The notes under the pieces were generated by a model. The model was not told the DNA's origin, did no database searches, and saw nothing but the letters and a program-made list of their open reading frames with translations. Source: a bacterium (GTDB lineage Bacteria > UBA8248). From it: a DNA stretch of 64,000 bases. This document shows, in pieces, positions 45,251 to 55,391 of the stretch; within the stretch, counting starts at the first letter, position 1; every line of letters begins with the position of its first letter. Position numbers and translations under genes: made by a program. The DNA lies in contig CBDBEV010000001.1 in the NCBI GenBank assembly GCA_965204535.1, positions 416,001-480,000 on the forward strand, written 5' to 3'.

Positions 45251-46294
45251 TCACAGGCCGTAGCGCAGCCTCGCCATCGCGCCCTGTTTCGCGAGCTGTC
45301 CCTGCGCGTAGCGCCCCGGCATGACCGGCGACTGCCAGCGCCCGGCAATCTGCATCTCGACCAGCGACGCCCCCGCCGTGGCCAGGCTCTGCGCGCCCCC
45401 CACGCGCAGGCTGTGTCCGCTGATGCGTCCCTCCACGCCCGCGGCCTTCCCCCACCGCGCGATGATGCTCCGGATGCTCCTCTCCGTCAGGCGCGCCGGC
45501 CGAAGCCGTCCCCCCTTGTACACGCCCCGGAAGAGCGCCCCCTCCTCGATACCCGCGCGCGCCAGCCAGGCCCCGACGCGCGCCACCGTCGGCTCGCCCA
45601 GAAACTGCACGACGCCCTCGCCCTCCTGGTCCGTCTTCGAGCGGCGGATCAGCACCGTCTGCTCCTCCAGGTCCACGTCCTCGATGTCGAGCGCCTCGAC
45701 CTCCGACACCCGGAGCAGGGCGTCGCTCGCCACCGCCACGATCGCCGCGTCGCGCAGACCGCCCAGGGTCCCCGTCCCCTCGGCCAGCGCCGCCGCGCGG
45801 TCCGCCTGCTCCCAGCGCACCCCCACCACCTGGCCCCGGCCGCGCTCTGCGGCCAGGCGCCGGAAGCCGGCCAGCACCCGCTCCGAGGCCGCCCCCGCCG
45901 GGGAGGGCCGGCCGTTCAGCTTCGCCCGGAAGCGAAGCGCCGCGACCGCCATCGCGGCCACGGCCGCCGAGTGCCCCTGCTCGTAGAGATCCCCCAGGTA
46001 CGCCGCTATCCCGGCGTCGGTCTCGGGGTTTCCCGAGCGCTCGAACCTCCTGAGCGCAGTCTCGTACACTCGCCGCGTGTTCTCAGACATCGACGCCTTC
46101 GCCAGGTAGGCGGCCGCACGGGCCGGTCGGGCCGGCCTCCTCGTCAAAGCGATGTCCTGTTCCGGGTCGGGCGGTGTTGCCCCAGTCGTCATGGCGAGAA
46201 GCCAACCTTCCGGGTCAGCGGCCGTTTCCATTCCCTGAGGCCGTTCCAGGGCCTCGTCGATTGCCGAGTATAGACGACGGCGGGGAATTTCCAA
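45251..46294 (-). CDS. Cre/TnpS-like tyrosine recombinase
   Basis: SENTRRVY N-domain, RDAAIV...LRVSE, RRSKTDQ, SGHSLRVG, GRW.S..MP.RY. Confidence 0.9.
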   Translation of the reverse strand: MEIPRRRLYSAIDEALERPQGMETAADPEGWLLAMTTGATPPDPEQDIALTRRPARPARAAAYLAKASMSENTRRVYETALRRFERSGNPETDAGIAAYLGDLYEQGHSAAVAAMAVAALRFRAKLNGRPSPAGAASERVLAGFRRLAAERGRGQVVGVRWEQADRAAALAEGTGTLGGLRDAAIVAVASDALLRVSEVEALDIEDVDLEEQTVLIRRSKTDQEGEGVVQFLGEPTVARVGAWLARAGIEEGALFRGVYKGGRLRPARLTERSIRSIIARWGKAAGVEGRISGHSLRVGGAQSLATAGASLVEMQIAGRWQSPVMPGRYAQGQLAKQGAMARLRYGL

Positions 46295-46346
46295 TAAAAA
46301 AAACCGTTTCGCAGGGGAATACCGGCGAAACGGCGGGTTTCTGGAG

Positions 46347-46535
46347 TCCGTTAATCGTTATTATCAGAAAATATAACACCTCTCAAGGCCATGTCAAGCG
46401 CAATTCCGGGGTCCCCGGAGAGGTTTCGGGCGCCGTTTTGCGTCTTTTCCCGCTCATTTACGGCCCGGATGCGCCCCGAAACGCCTCTCCCGGCGGAAAA
46501 CGGGGCTTATGGCATCCGATAATAACGATTATCGG
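46347..46535. promoter_or_regulatory. Two inverted lox-like recombinase core sites flanking a sigma70 promoter
   Basis: CCGTTAA-TCGTTA-TTATCAG (46348-46367) and CCGATAA-TAACGA-TTATCGG (46516-46535); minus-strand TTGACA-N16-TATATT with TG extension at 46370-46397. Confidence 0.65.
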
Positions 46536-46726
46536 CGGGCAGGCCGGGTGGCAGGCGGCTCGCCTCTGGAGGCAGTGAAAGGCGGGCGCATGCCGCAGGA
46601 ACCCGCCTCTCGCGGAACCACCGGCCCGGAGCATGAAAGGGTTCAAGCCCGCCGTATTTCAGGCGGCCCGGAATACGAATCACCAGTTTGTGAAGGCCCG
46701 AAATAAAAGCTGAAGGGAGGCATCGC

Positions 46727-48406
46727 TTGGAGAGGCTTGCGACCGGAGTCGCATCGGCTACAGTCCGTCATCCAAAAGGGGCCGGCATGAGCCCCGGACG
46801 GCTGCTCGGGCACCCGCAAGCGCGCCACTGTCTCACCGCCGCCCTGGTGCTCGCCGTGTTCTGTGCGCTCGCCGCGTCGCCCGCCGTGGCGGCGGAGAAG
46901 CCACAGGATCCACGGCAGGAGCGGACAGGCACGAACGGCCCTGACGACCTGCCGGGCACTGACGGCAACGATCTGCTCAACGGCAAGAAGGGCAAGGACG
47001 TGCTGCGCGGCTTGGGCGGCAACGACGTGCTGCGTGGCGGCAGGGGTGCCGATAAACTCCTGGGTGGCCGCGGCAATGACAAGTTGCACGGCGGGAGGGG
47101 CGACGACACCTTGACCGGTGGGTCGGGTGCCGACCTCTTTGTGTTTTCGCGCCGGAAGCCGGGTGACGACATCATCACCGACTTCGAGGCCGGTGACGCC
47201 ATCGTGTTGGTCAAGGACCCGAAGGCCGACCCCTGGCCTTCGGTTGCCGACATCCTGGCCAGCGTGGTGGAGCAGGACGACCGCTACACATATACCCTGT
47301 TTCCCGGCCTGACGGTGCAGACGAGCACAGCTCTGCGGGCCGGGGATTTCGTGTTCTCCACCGCCGCGCCGAGTCTGGCGGCTGTCACGGCGCACGGAAT
47401 CGCCGGCGCGATCGCCAGTCTCGAAAAGCACGCCCTGGGTTCCCCGTTTCTTAGCTGGACCAACATCGACCGCACGCTCACGTTCGGGGTTCCGTACCAC
47501 GTGTTGCCGGTCTCCCTGCACAAGCCGAGCAAGGGCATCCTCGGCGGCGCGCTCGACAACGATGAAGATCCGTCGAACGGCACCGCGTTCGTCGATGCGG
47601 ACGCCCCTCCGGCGATCTCCGGATGGGCGGGAAGCGCGAAGGAGTGGAGCCGCACGGCCGGTGCCGGCGTCACGCTCACCGACACCGTGGCCCTGTACTC
47701 GAAAGCAAGTTCCGGGGAGACGTATCTCTCCTTCGGGTGGTGGGCGAGAGTTCCCGACTCCAGCGCCGTTGGTCTCGGGACATTCGGGAATGACCCGATC
47801 CTCTCCACCGCAACTGTTGGCCGGAAGAACAGCAACGGCCTCAACGCCGCGTGGCCGCGCGGTGCCAACGCCTTCGTGGCGGGCCGGCACAAGTGGTGGC
47901 CCGGCTGGGATCAACTCGATGCGCTGTCCGGCGCCGCGACCTATGTCGGCGCCTCCGCCGGGCTATGGTCGGAACGCGCGGCCGGCGAGCGCGACGGCGC
48001 GTCCGGCGCGTTCACGGCGGACGCCGTCCTCACGGCGGATTTCGACCATGACACGCAGTACGTGGCCCTCTCGGGCAGCATCGACAACTTCAGGGACGCC
48101 TCGGGCACCCCGCTCGGAAGCTGGACGGCAACGCTCGCCAACGAGAGCGGCGGGCAGTTCGGGGGCCAGATTCACGGTGGAGCCATGGCATACAACGGCA
48201 ACGCCGCCGGTGATGCCGACGGCCGCAACTGGACCGGCGGGTGGGTCGCCCAGTTCTTCCGCCGTGCCGCCACCGATGCCCAGAGCGCGCATCCCACCGC
48301 GGTCGGCGGTGTGTTCCAGGCGCATCACGGCACGCCGGCAATGGCGGCGTCGAACGACCAGGGCTTCCTCGGCGTGGTCGGCGCCTTCGGAGCCGAGAAG
48401 CAATAG
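46727..48406 (+). CDS. Secreted protein with RTX-type Ca-binding repeats and a C-terminal TbpB-like beta-barrel
   Basis: Signal-like LTAALVLAVFCALAASPAVA, several GGxGxDxL nonapeptides, C-terminal GAATYVG..FTADAVLTADF..GSIDNF..W..QFF..GAFGA; start may be 46787. Confidence 0.75.
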   Translation: MERLATGVASATVRHPKGAGMSPGRLLGHPQARHCLTAALVLAVFCALAASPAVAAEKPQDPRQERTGTNGPDDLPGTDGNDLLNGKKGKDVLRGLGGNDVLRGGRGADKLLGGRGNDKLHGGRGDDTLTGGSGADLFVFSRRKPGDDIITDFEAGDAIVLVKDPKADPWPSVADILASVVEQDDRYTYTLFPGLTVQTSTALRAGDFVFSTAAPSLAAVTAHGIAGAIASLEKHALGSPFLSWTNIDRTLTFGVPYHVLPVSLHKPSKGILGGALDNDEDPSNGTAFVDADAPPAISGWAGSAKEWSRTAGAGVTLTDTVALYSKASSGETYLSFGWWARVPDSSAVGLGTFGNDPILSTATVGRKNSNGLNAAWPRGANAFVAGRHKWWPGWDQLDALSGAATYVGASAGLWSERAAGERDGASGAFTADAVLTADFDHDTQYVALSGSIDNFRDASGTPLGSWTATLANESGGQFGGQIHGGAMAYNGNAAGDADGRNWTGGWVAQFFRRAATDAQSAHPTAVGGVFQAHHGTPAMAASNDQGFLGVVGAFGAEKQ

Positions 48407-48418
48407 CGCCGGGCCGTC

Positions 48419-49093
48419 CCCCTCCAGGCGGGCGCTGCCGGGCGCGCTTGTGCAAGCGTCAGGCGCATCGACATCCATCACGTCGCCGCTCTCCCCGCCG
48501 CTTGTCCCGCGACCTCGCGAACCATGCGCACGGTGCGCCGCACCGCTGCGCGGCGGCCATCAAGGTGGGCCTCGAAGCCATCAGCGACTAACTACCTCGC
48601 GTAAGATCTCCCGGACGTTTCCAGAAAGATAACGAACTGCAACGCAGATCAAGGGGAGTTGTTAAAAAAGTTCTCATCACTCGAAATTCACTCCCACCAG
48701 TGCAGTTGCGGATTTCACCCTTGAACATCATCGTCAACAAACGAGAGAGAAGAGAACCACTCCCCCCTTGAGGGGTTTGTTGAAAAACCCTGTTTCGGGG
48801 CCGGCGGTATGGAGGTTCACGCGGCGCAGGCGCGATGGTTTTGTAGGGACAGGCACGGAGGCCTCGGACAGGCGCAGGGGCCTGTCCCTGCTACGGTGAA
48901 CAATTCGATGATCGGGATTCCCTCCCTTCAGGCGGGCGCTGCCGGTCGCGCCTGTGCAAGCGTCAGGCGCATCGGCATCCATCCATGTCGCCGCTCTCCC
49001 CGCCGCCGCGGGGAGGGTGAAGGTGAAGCGCGCGCCGGGGCCTGTTCCCGCGCTCTCGTCCCGGATGCGCCCCGCCTCGTCGCTTCCGTTCAT
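48419..49093 (-). pseudogene. Relics of a sensor histidine kinase (internally deleted copy plus duplicated tail)
   Basis: 49093 ATG MNGSDEAGRI joined to the HATPase end GPGARFTFTLP; an ~83-bp tail is duplicated at 48419-48501 and 48924-49006. Confidence 0.55.
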
Positions 49094-49464
49094 CTCTCCC
49101 CTTCCCGGGACTGGAAAATACGGGGGAAAATGCATGCGCGATACAGACATGAAATCAAAGAATCCGAATGCGAACAAGACATACAACTTTTGGTAGAATG
49201 GGACGATAAACCGGAACAGATGTCCCGTCGTGAGGAAAGCCGGGCCGCTCCGACGCTGTGGACGGCGCCCCCGGCGAAGACCATGCGGGGCTGTTGAAGA
49301 ACCGGGTTTCGGAACGGTCCGTTTCAGGTTCAGGCGGCTTGTGTCACCCCGAGCCGGACCTCCCGTTTGTTCGGCTGCTGCGCGTGGAGGTTGCCCGAGA
49401 GAAAGAGGAAACCGGAGATTCACTGAAAGATAGTCGTTCTCGCTTACCATGGGGGATTCACTAA

Positions 49465-51090
49465 ATGAATTTCAGGGATAAATCGATTGGCGGGTTGTAC
49501 GCTCTCGCGCCGGCGGCGGTGTTCGCGCTGACGCTGGCGGGCTGCGGCGGTGGCGGCGGTACTGCGACGCCGACCACGATGCCCGGTCCGCAGATGGCGT
49601 GCGAGGACGCGGGCGGGCGGTGGCATGATGACGATACGTGCACCTCGGCCGCGGATCTGGCGGCAGAGCGAATGGCTGCGCAGCGCGAGGCCATAAGTGA
49701 CGCCATCATGGAGGCGATCACCGCGGTCGACGCCGTGGACAACGACTCCACCGACGCCGAGGTGAGCGCCGCCGACATGGCGGTCGCGGACGCGAGGAGC
49801 GCCATCGCGGCCGCGGCCAACGTTCCGGACGAAGAGAAAGCCGCGAACACCGGGACGGTCGACCTGCTCGCAAGCCAGCTTGCCGACGCCAAGGCGGACC
49901 GCATGGCCCACATGGACGACGCCAGGAAGGCTGCGGCCGCGGCCATGATGGCAACGGCCATGAAGCTCCATGCCGGCATCGGCAGCGATCCCCTGGCGGA
50001 CTCCGGAGCCGGACGGCGGATCGCCGCATATAGCGGGACCAACGACGCCGACATCACGGTGACCATAGGCGCCAATGCACAGGCACTGAAGGAAAACAAG
50101 GATGCGACGGTCCCCGCCAACCACGGCTGGGAGGGCAGGAAGTACACGGGCGGCACGTCCGAGGCGATCGTCTTCTCGAACGTCGGCGAGCCGACGGAGG
50201 GGGCGAAGTTCAACGCCCGGCACACCTTGGCTACCGCGGACACCGCCACCGACGCCACCAAGGCGGGTGAGTTGACCATTGCCACGGCCGGCGACACTGA
50301 CGTCCAGTCGAGAGTCGCCAGCCCGCGCTTCGACCAGTCCGCCGGGACCAAGACGTTCAAGTTGCCGGCCAATATGGTCCGGGTGGTGATTCCCGGCAGC
50401 TATCACGGAGTGTCCGGCACGTACTACTGCACGCCCGGTAGCGGTCAGACGTGCTCCGCTGCCGTAGCCGCAAAAGGGTTCACCCTTGCGGGCGGGAGCT
50501 GGGCGTTCAAGCCCACCGACCCGGAGACCCGGCTCATGGATGTGCCGGACGCAGACTACGCTTCCTACGGCGGGTGGCTCCACATAGCCGCGAACGGAAC
50601 CTGGGCCGCGAGCGCATTCGCAGACTACAAAGGTGGTGACGGTTCAGCCGAGAACGCCAGCGGCATCGATACGTTGCACGGAACGGCGAGGTACATGGGC
50701 GGCGCGGCCGGCATGTACGCTCTCTACAGCGCCACCGGGGGGACGAACGACGCCGGCACCTTCACCGCGAGGGCGACGCTCGAGGCCGACTTCAGCGACA
50801 ATTCGATCACGGGCGCCATCGACCGGTTCATGGGCGCGGACGGTCAGTCGCGGAACTGGTCCGTCGAGTTGAAGGAGGCCGCGGTCGCCGCTACGGGTGG
50901 CATTAGCCGCACTGCAGATAACGATACGGTGTGGACCATCGACGGCACGGCCGCCGCCGCCTCCGGCGAGTGGTCCGGCCGGTTTTACGAAAATGGCGAC
51001 GACGGTGTTCCGAAGGTCGCGACCGGAACGTTCCACTCGATGTTCAGCACGGACGGCCGGATGGTCGGCGGCTTCGGCGTGAACCGCTAA
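49465..51090 (+). CDS. Surface lipoprotein with a TbpB-like C-terminal barrel
   Basis: Lipobox LAGC then GGGGG linker, Ala-rich helical stalk, C-terminal GTARYMGGAAG..FTARATLEADF..GEWSGRFY..GGFG. Confidence 0.8.
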   Translation: MNFRDKSIGGLYALAPAAVFALTLAGCGGGGGTATPTTMPGPQMACEDAGGRWHDDDTCTSAADLAAERMAAQREAISDAIMEAITAVDAVDNDSTDAEVSAADMAVADARSAIAAAANVPDEEKAANTGTVDLLASQLADAKADRMAHMDDARKAAAAAMMATAMKLHAGIGSDPLADSGAGRRIAAYSGTNDADITVTIGANAQALKENKDATVPANHGWEGRKYTGGTSEAIVFSNVGEPTEGAKFNARHTLATADTATDATKAGELTIATAGDTDVQSRVASPRFDQSAGTKTFKLPANMVRVVIPGSYHGVSGTYYCTPGSGQTCSAAVAAKGFTLAGGSWAFKPTDPETRLMDVPDADYASYGGWLHIAANGTWAASAFADYKGGDGSAENASGIDTLHGTARYMGGAAGMYALYSATGGTNDAGTFTARATLEADFSDNSITGAIDRFMGADGQSRNWSVELKEAAVAATGGISRTADNDTVWTIDGTAAAASGEWSGRFYENGDDGVPKVATGTFHSMFSTDGRMVGGFGVNR

Positions 51091-52100
51091 GAGGAGTAGC
51101 GGCGAAGCAGGTGCCCGAAGCCGTGGGCGCGCGCATCGAGGGGAGCGCCGCCCCGACGCGGCCGACGCTCGGGGGCCATGAAGTGGCGCTCTTCGTTCAG
51201 CGGCACAGAGGGCGTGCTCTCTCGATGGCGGCGTGACGGCGGGCGTGATGGGCGCCGATTACGAGTCGGGGGGGGGGTCCTCGCGGGCGTCGCGTTCGCC
51301 AGCACCCGGGCTCTGCGCCCTCCGGGGCCTGTGAGCTCGACCTCCGCGCCTCGCAGCGTCTCGGCGTCCTTCAGATCCGCGAGCGTGACCTCGCGCCCGT
51401 CGGGGAGACGGGAGGTGACCTCGCCTAGCACCTCCGCCCCGGAGCTTCCCGGCAGGCCCAGCGCCTCGATGATGCGACGCGCCTCGCGGTTGATGCTCGC
51501 GGGCTCGGCCGTACGCGCGTCGAACACCGCCATCCCCACCGGCGAGGTTTCCACCAGGGCCTCGAGACCCGCCCGCGCGCGGCGCTCCTCGCGGTGCGCC
51601 CTCGCGTTCGCGACCGCCCCCGCCGCCTGGGAGGCGAACAGCACCAGCAGCTCCTCGTCCTCCTCGGTAAAACCCTCTCCGCCCTCCTTGTCACCAACGA
51701 AAAAATTCCCCATGTGCGCGCCCTGGTGGCGTATCGGCGTGCCCTGGAAGGTCCGGCACAGGCCCAGCTCGGGCGATAGCCCCAGCGAGCGGATGTGAGC
51801 GGGAAAATCGTCCACCCTCAGTGGCGTCTCCTGATCGCGAAGGTACTCGAACAGCACGAGCCCGTCGGGCAGGCAGTTCGTCAGGCGATGGACTTCTTCT
51901 GCGCTCAGCCCGGAGGTGACGAACTCCCTGAGCCCTCCCGATTCGTCCACCGTGGTGATCATGGAGTAGCGCGCGCCGATGAGCGCGCGGGCGCCCTCCA
52001 CGATATCCGTGAGCACGGTCTCAGGCTCCAGGCTCGTGGTGATCCGCGCAAGCGCCGCGCACAGCCGCGAGATGCGCCCCGATTCGTCGTTTCCCTTCAT
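51087..52100 (-). pseudogene. Truncated GAF-PAS sensor kinase (no HisKA/HATPase)
   Basis: GAF (IVEGARALIGARY..GFTEEDEELLVLFASQAA), PAS (LVETSPVG..NREA); homology ends near a G10 tract at 51268-51277. Confidence 0.7.
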
Positions 52101-52393
52101 CGTCAGTGCCTCCCGGGCAGGGAAAAGAAGAAAAACGCAATAATACACGATAAATACATGAATACAAAGAGATTAAATATGAAACAGATAGAATGTTTTT
52201 GTAAAATGAAAGATGAATTTGGTGGCCGGGTTTGCATTGTCCAGGGAGGCGGCAAACCGGATCGGGAGGAGTTGTTCGCCTTCTACGCCTGCTCGCCAGA
52301 GAGCACGCGTCGAGCGGCTACCATCGTAACGTCGCCTTCCAGACGAACGTTTGTGGAAAATGGTAATAAAAACTATCAAAAGGAGAGAAGGAA

Positions 52394-52723
52394 ATGAGAA
52401 AAATCAAGATGGTTTTTGTCGTGATGTTCATCGTTTGCGGGGCGCTCGCTCCTGTTCAGGTTTTTGCTACGACTGAACCTGCTCAGCCAAGTACCGATAC
52501 AAGAGAAACTGAATGCAGAAACGGTTGGAATTCGAGTTCGGCATCCCAAACTTGCACCGCCAGCAGATTTTCCTCACCCTCAGACCGGCCTGACACCTGT
52601 TATATTTACGCTATCTGTCAAGGCTTGAACAAGACGGTTTCTGGTGGAATCACGGTTAGTCCGAGGAGTGCTGCCAGTAACATTAACAACTGTAACGGCA
52701 CTATGCAGACGAGTGCTTGTTGA
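52394..52723 (+). CDS. Small secreted six-cysteine protein (family copy 1)
   Basis: AAGGAG RBS, signal peptide ending VFA, CxxxWxxSSAxxTC..CxxxxxC..NCNG..C. Confidence 0.8.
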   Translation: MRKIKMVFVVMFIVCGALAPVQVFATTEPAQPSTDTRETECRNGWNSSSASQTCTASRFSSPSDRPDTCYIYAICQGLNKTVSGGITVSPRSAASNINNCNGTMQTSAC

Positions 52724-52994
52724 ATAAGCACCAAGATGAAATTGTTTGAATGGATGAGGAAAACAGGAGCGTCAAGAACAGGGCGGCTAATTCATGAATT
52801 TTCGGCCAAATCCGTCGTGGATTGCGCGCAGGCGTCGAACGATTGTCCATAAGATTCGAACTCCCCGTCCGCCCCGAATTTCGGTCGGGGTCGATCATGT
52901 CATTTTCGCCGAAAAATCGGAAACTTCATTCTGCATACCAGGGGGTGAACGTCCCTGGGGTTCCTCTCGCATTTTGGGGAAAAAGAGCTTCGCC

Positions 52995-53425
52995 ATGTGG
53001 AGAAAATGGACACGGATCCTGCCGGTAATCGACACGCTCGCGCTCACCAGCGCCGCGCCCGCCGCTGACAAGGTCATTCTCACCCAGCCGGTGGACAGCC
53101 TGAGCTTCTTCCCCATCTACGTGGGACGGATAAAAGGATTCTTCAAGGAAGAGGGGCTCACCCTGGACGTGAAGGCCACCGCAGGCGGCGGACCGCACCT
53201 GACGGCCGTCCTCGCGGATAAGGCCGAGTTCACCGCCAGCCCGGGCACCTACCAGTTGAACGCACTGAACTCCGGCAAGCGGGCCATCGGCTTCGTGGAC
53301 CTCCTGCGGCGCAACATCATCGGGATGGTCATCCACAAGGACGCGGCCAAGAAAGCGGGCATCAAGGATGGCATACCCCTCATGGACAAGGTCAAACGCG
53401 CGAAGGGCCTCAAGATCGGCATGAT
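52995..53425 (+). pseudogene. Fragment of an NMT1/SsuA-type ABC substrate-binding protein
   Basis: FFPIYVGRIKGFFKEEGLTL..GG..AVL..KGLKIG, then homology is lost. Confidence 0.6.
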
Positions 53426-53692
53426 GTGGCCGGGCGAGAAGAGAGACCGCGCGCGAGACGGCATCCGAAACGGCATATCATCGCCGGAACAATTCGCGCG
53501 GAAAAGAACTCTCTGTTCGAAGAGGCGTTTGGGAACGATACTCAGGCTCGAAACGCAACATTTGACCTTTATCGGGAAATATCGGGTCCGCTTCATGCCA
53601 TTTCACGTGGATAGGCCACCGCAGGGAGTAGTTCCGCTCAGGTTCCGCCACGAGGACGAGGACGTCCCCGTCGATGCGCGCCGGGTCCGCCG

Positions 53693-55312
53693 GTGAGCGG
53701 CTCACGGATTGATGCCGCGATGGATGCGCTACGCCGGTGCGTGGCTCGCGACCGGCGCCGCCCGGCGGCGGCGGCCGTTCTGGGCGCCCTGGGCGTGGCG
53801 GCGCTGCCGCCGGTCCACGCCGTGCCGCTGCTGGTCGTCTCCTTCACGGGTTTCGTCCGGCTGATCCATTCCGTCTCCTCGCCGTGGCGTGCCGCCGCCG
53901 TGGGCTGGTGGTTCGGTTTCGCCCATTTCATCATGGGCGTGTACTGGATCGCTCCGGCTGCGCTCCTGCTGACCGAATCCACGCCGGCGGCCGTGATCGG
54001 GCTGCTCGGCCTCTCGGCGATCCTCGCCATTTTTCCGGCACTCGCCGCCTTCGCTGCGCGGTTGCTTCCGCTGGCCATCGCCGGCCGCGTGCTCGCTTTC
54101 GCCATCGCCTGGAGCGCCTCGGAGTGGCTGCGCGGCAACGTCCTGAGCGGTTTCCCGATGAACATCATGGGCACGGTCTGGGCGCCCTCGCTCGCCATGA
54201 TCCAGTTCACCGCGCTTGCCGGGGCCTATGGCTTGGGGTTCGTGACCGTTCTCGCCGCAGCCGCCCCCGCGGCGCTGTCCCTCCCTCCCCGGAGCGGACG
54301 TTCCTGGGCGCTGCCTGCGGCGGCGTTCGGACTGCTGACGGCGGTCTGGGCGGGCGGAGCCGTCCGCCTCGCGTTCGCGCCCGAGCCGCCGCCCACCGGC
54401 GTCAGCCTGCGCCTCGTACAGGCCAATATCCATCAAAGGTTCAAGTGGCGCGAGAAGAGGCGCAAGGCGGTACTGGATCAACACGTGCGCCTCTCGCGCC
54501 GGCCGGGCTTCGAGGCGGTCGACCTGGTGATCTGGCCGGAGATGACGGTGACCTTCAATCTAGCCGGGAATGCGCCGTTGCGCGCCCGCCTCTCCCGGGC
54601 AGCGCCCCCGGACGGCCACCTCCTGACGGGCTCGTTGCGCCGCACTCGAAAGGCGGGACGCGCGACCGCCGTCTGGAACAGCCTTCACGCGCTGACGCCC
54701 GGAGGCGCCATCGCGGCGACCTACAACAAACACCATCTGGTGCCTTTCGGGGAATACATGCCCCTTCGCGAGGCACACTCCTTCCGTGTCGTCCCCTACG
54801 AATCGGACGACTATTCCGCCGGGCCGGGGCCGCGTACCCTGAGCCTGCCCGGCGTGGCACCCTTCAGCCCCCTGATCTGCTACGAGGCGATCTTCCCAGG
54901 CGAGGTGGTGGCCAGCGGAGAGCGTCCGCGCTGGCTGCTAAACATCACCAACGACGCCTGGTTCGAGGGCACGTCCGGCCCCTGGCAGCACTTCGAGGCG
55001 GCCCGCCTGCGGGCGGTCGAGGAGGGCCTGCCGCTGGTGCGCGCAACGAACACCGGCATCTCCGCCGTCGTCGACGCCTGGGGCCGCGTGACGGGGCGGC
55101 TCGGGCCGGGCGAGGAAGGCGTGCTCGACGTCCCCCTGCCGCCGCCGACGAGAGCGCCGACGCCTCACGCGCGGTTCGGCGGCTGGACGTTCGCCGCCTT
55201 GCTGCTTCTCGCCGCCTCGGCCCTGCCCGCATTCGGGCTGCGGGGGAGAACCAAAGAGGGCGGGCCGACGGCGACGAAAAAAATTGTGTCTCCCCCACGG
55301 GCATTGGTATGA
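53693..55312 (+). CDS. lnt: Apolipoprotein N-acyltransferase (Lnt family)
   Basis: Multi-TM N-terminus, EWLRG..GFP, catalytic WPE / YNKHHLVPFGEY / LICYE, NITNDAWF, RATNTGIS. Confidence 0.93.
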   Translation: MSGSRIDAAMDALRRCVARDRRRPAAAAVLGALGVAALPPVHAVPLLVVSFTGFVRLIHSVSSPWRAAAVGWWFGFAHFIMGVYWIAPAALLLTESTPAAVIGLLGLSAILAIFPALAAFAARLLPLAIAGRVLAFAIAWSASEWLRGNVLSGFPMNIMGTVWAPSLAMIQFTALAGAYGLGFVTVLAAAAPAALSLPPRSGRSWALPAAAFGLLTAVWAGGAVRLAFAPEPPPTGVSLRLVQANIHQRFKWREKRRKAVLDQHVRLSRRPGFEAVDLVIWPEMTVTFNLAGNAPLRARLSRAAPPDGHLLTGSLRRTRKAGRATAVWNSLHALTPGGAIAATYNKHHLVPFGEYMPLREAHSFRVVPYESDDYSAGPGPRTLSLPGVAPFSPLICYEAIFPGEVVASGERPRWLLNITNDAWFEGTSGPWQHFEAARLRAVEEGLPLVRATNTGISAVVDAWGRVTGRLGPGEEGVLDVPLPPPTRAPTPHARFGGWTFAALLLLAASALPAFGLRGRTKEGGPTATKKIVSPPRALV

Positions 55313-55391
55313 TGCGCTATCGAGAGAGAGTGTTCCGTTGCGAAGTCGAATATGCGACTTCCAGTCGAAACCAACAGAGGAGGAAGGTGAA

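Noticed and set aside
53640-53696. Possible corC C-terminal remnant before lnt (VDARRVRR)
   Set aside because: Too short to support. If real, it would suggest lnt was captured from a housekeeping corC-lnt operon, weakening the AatD analogy.
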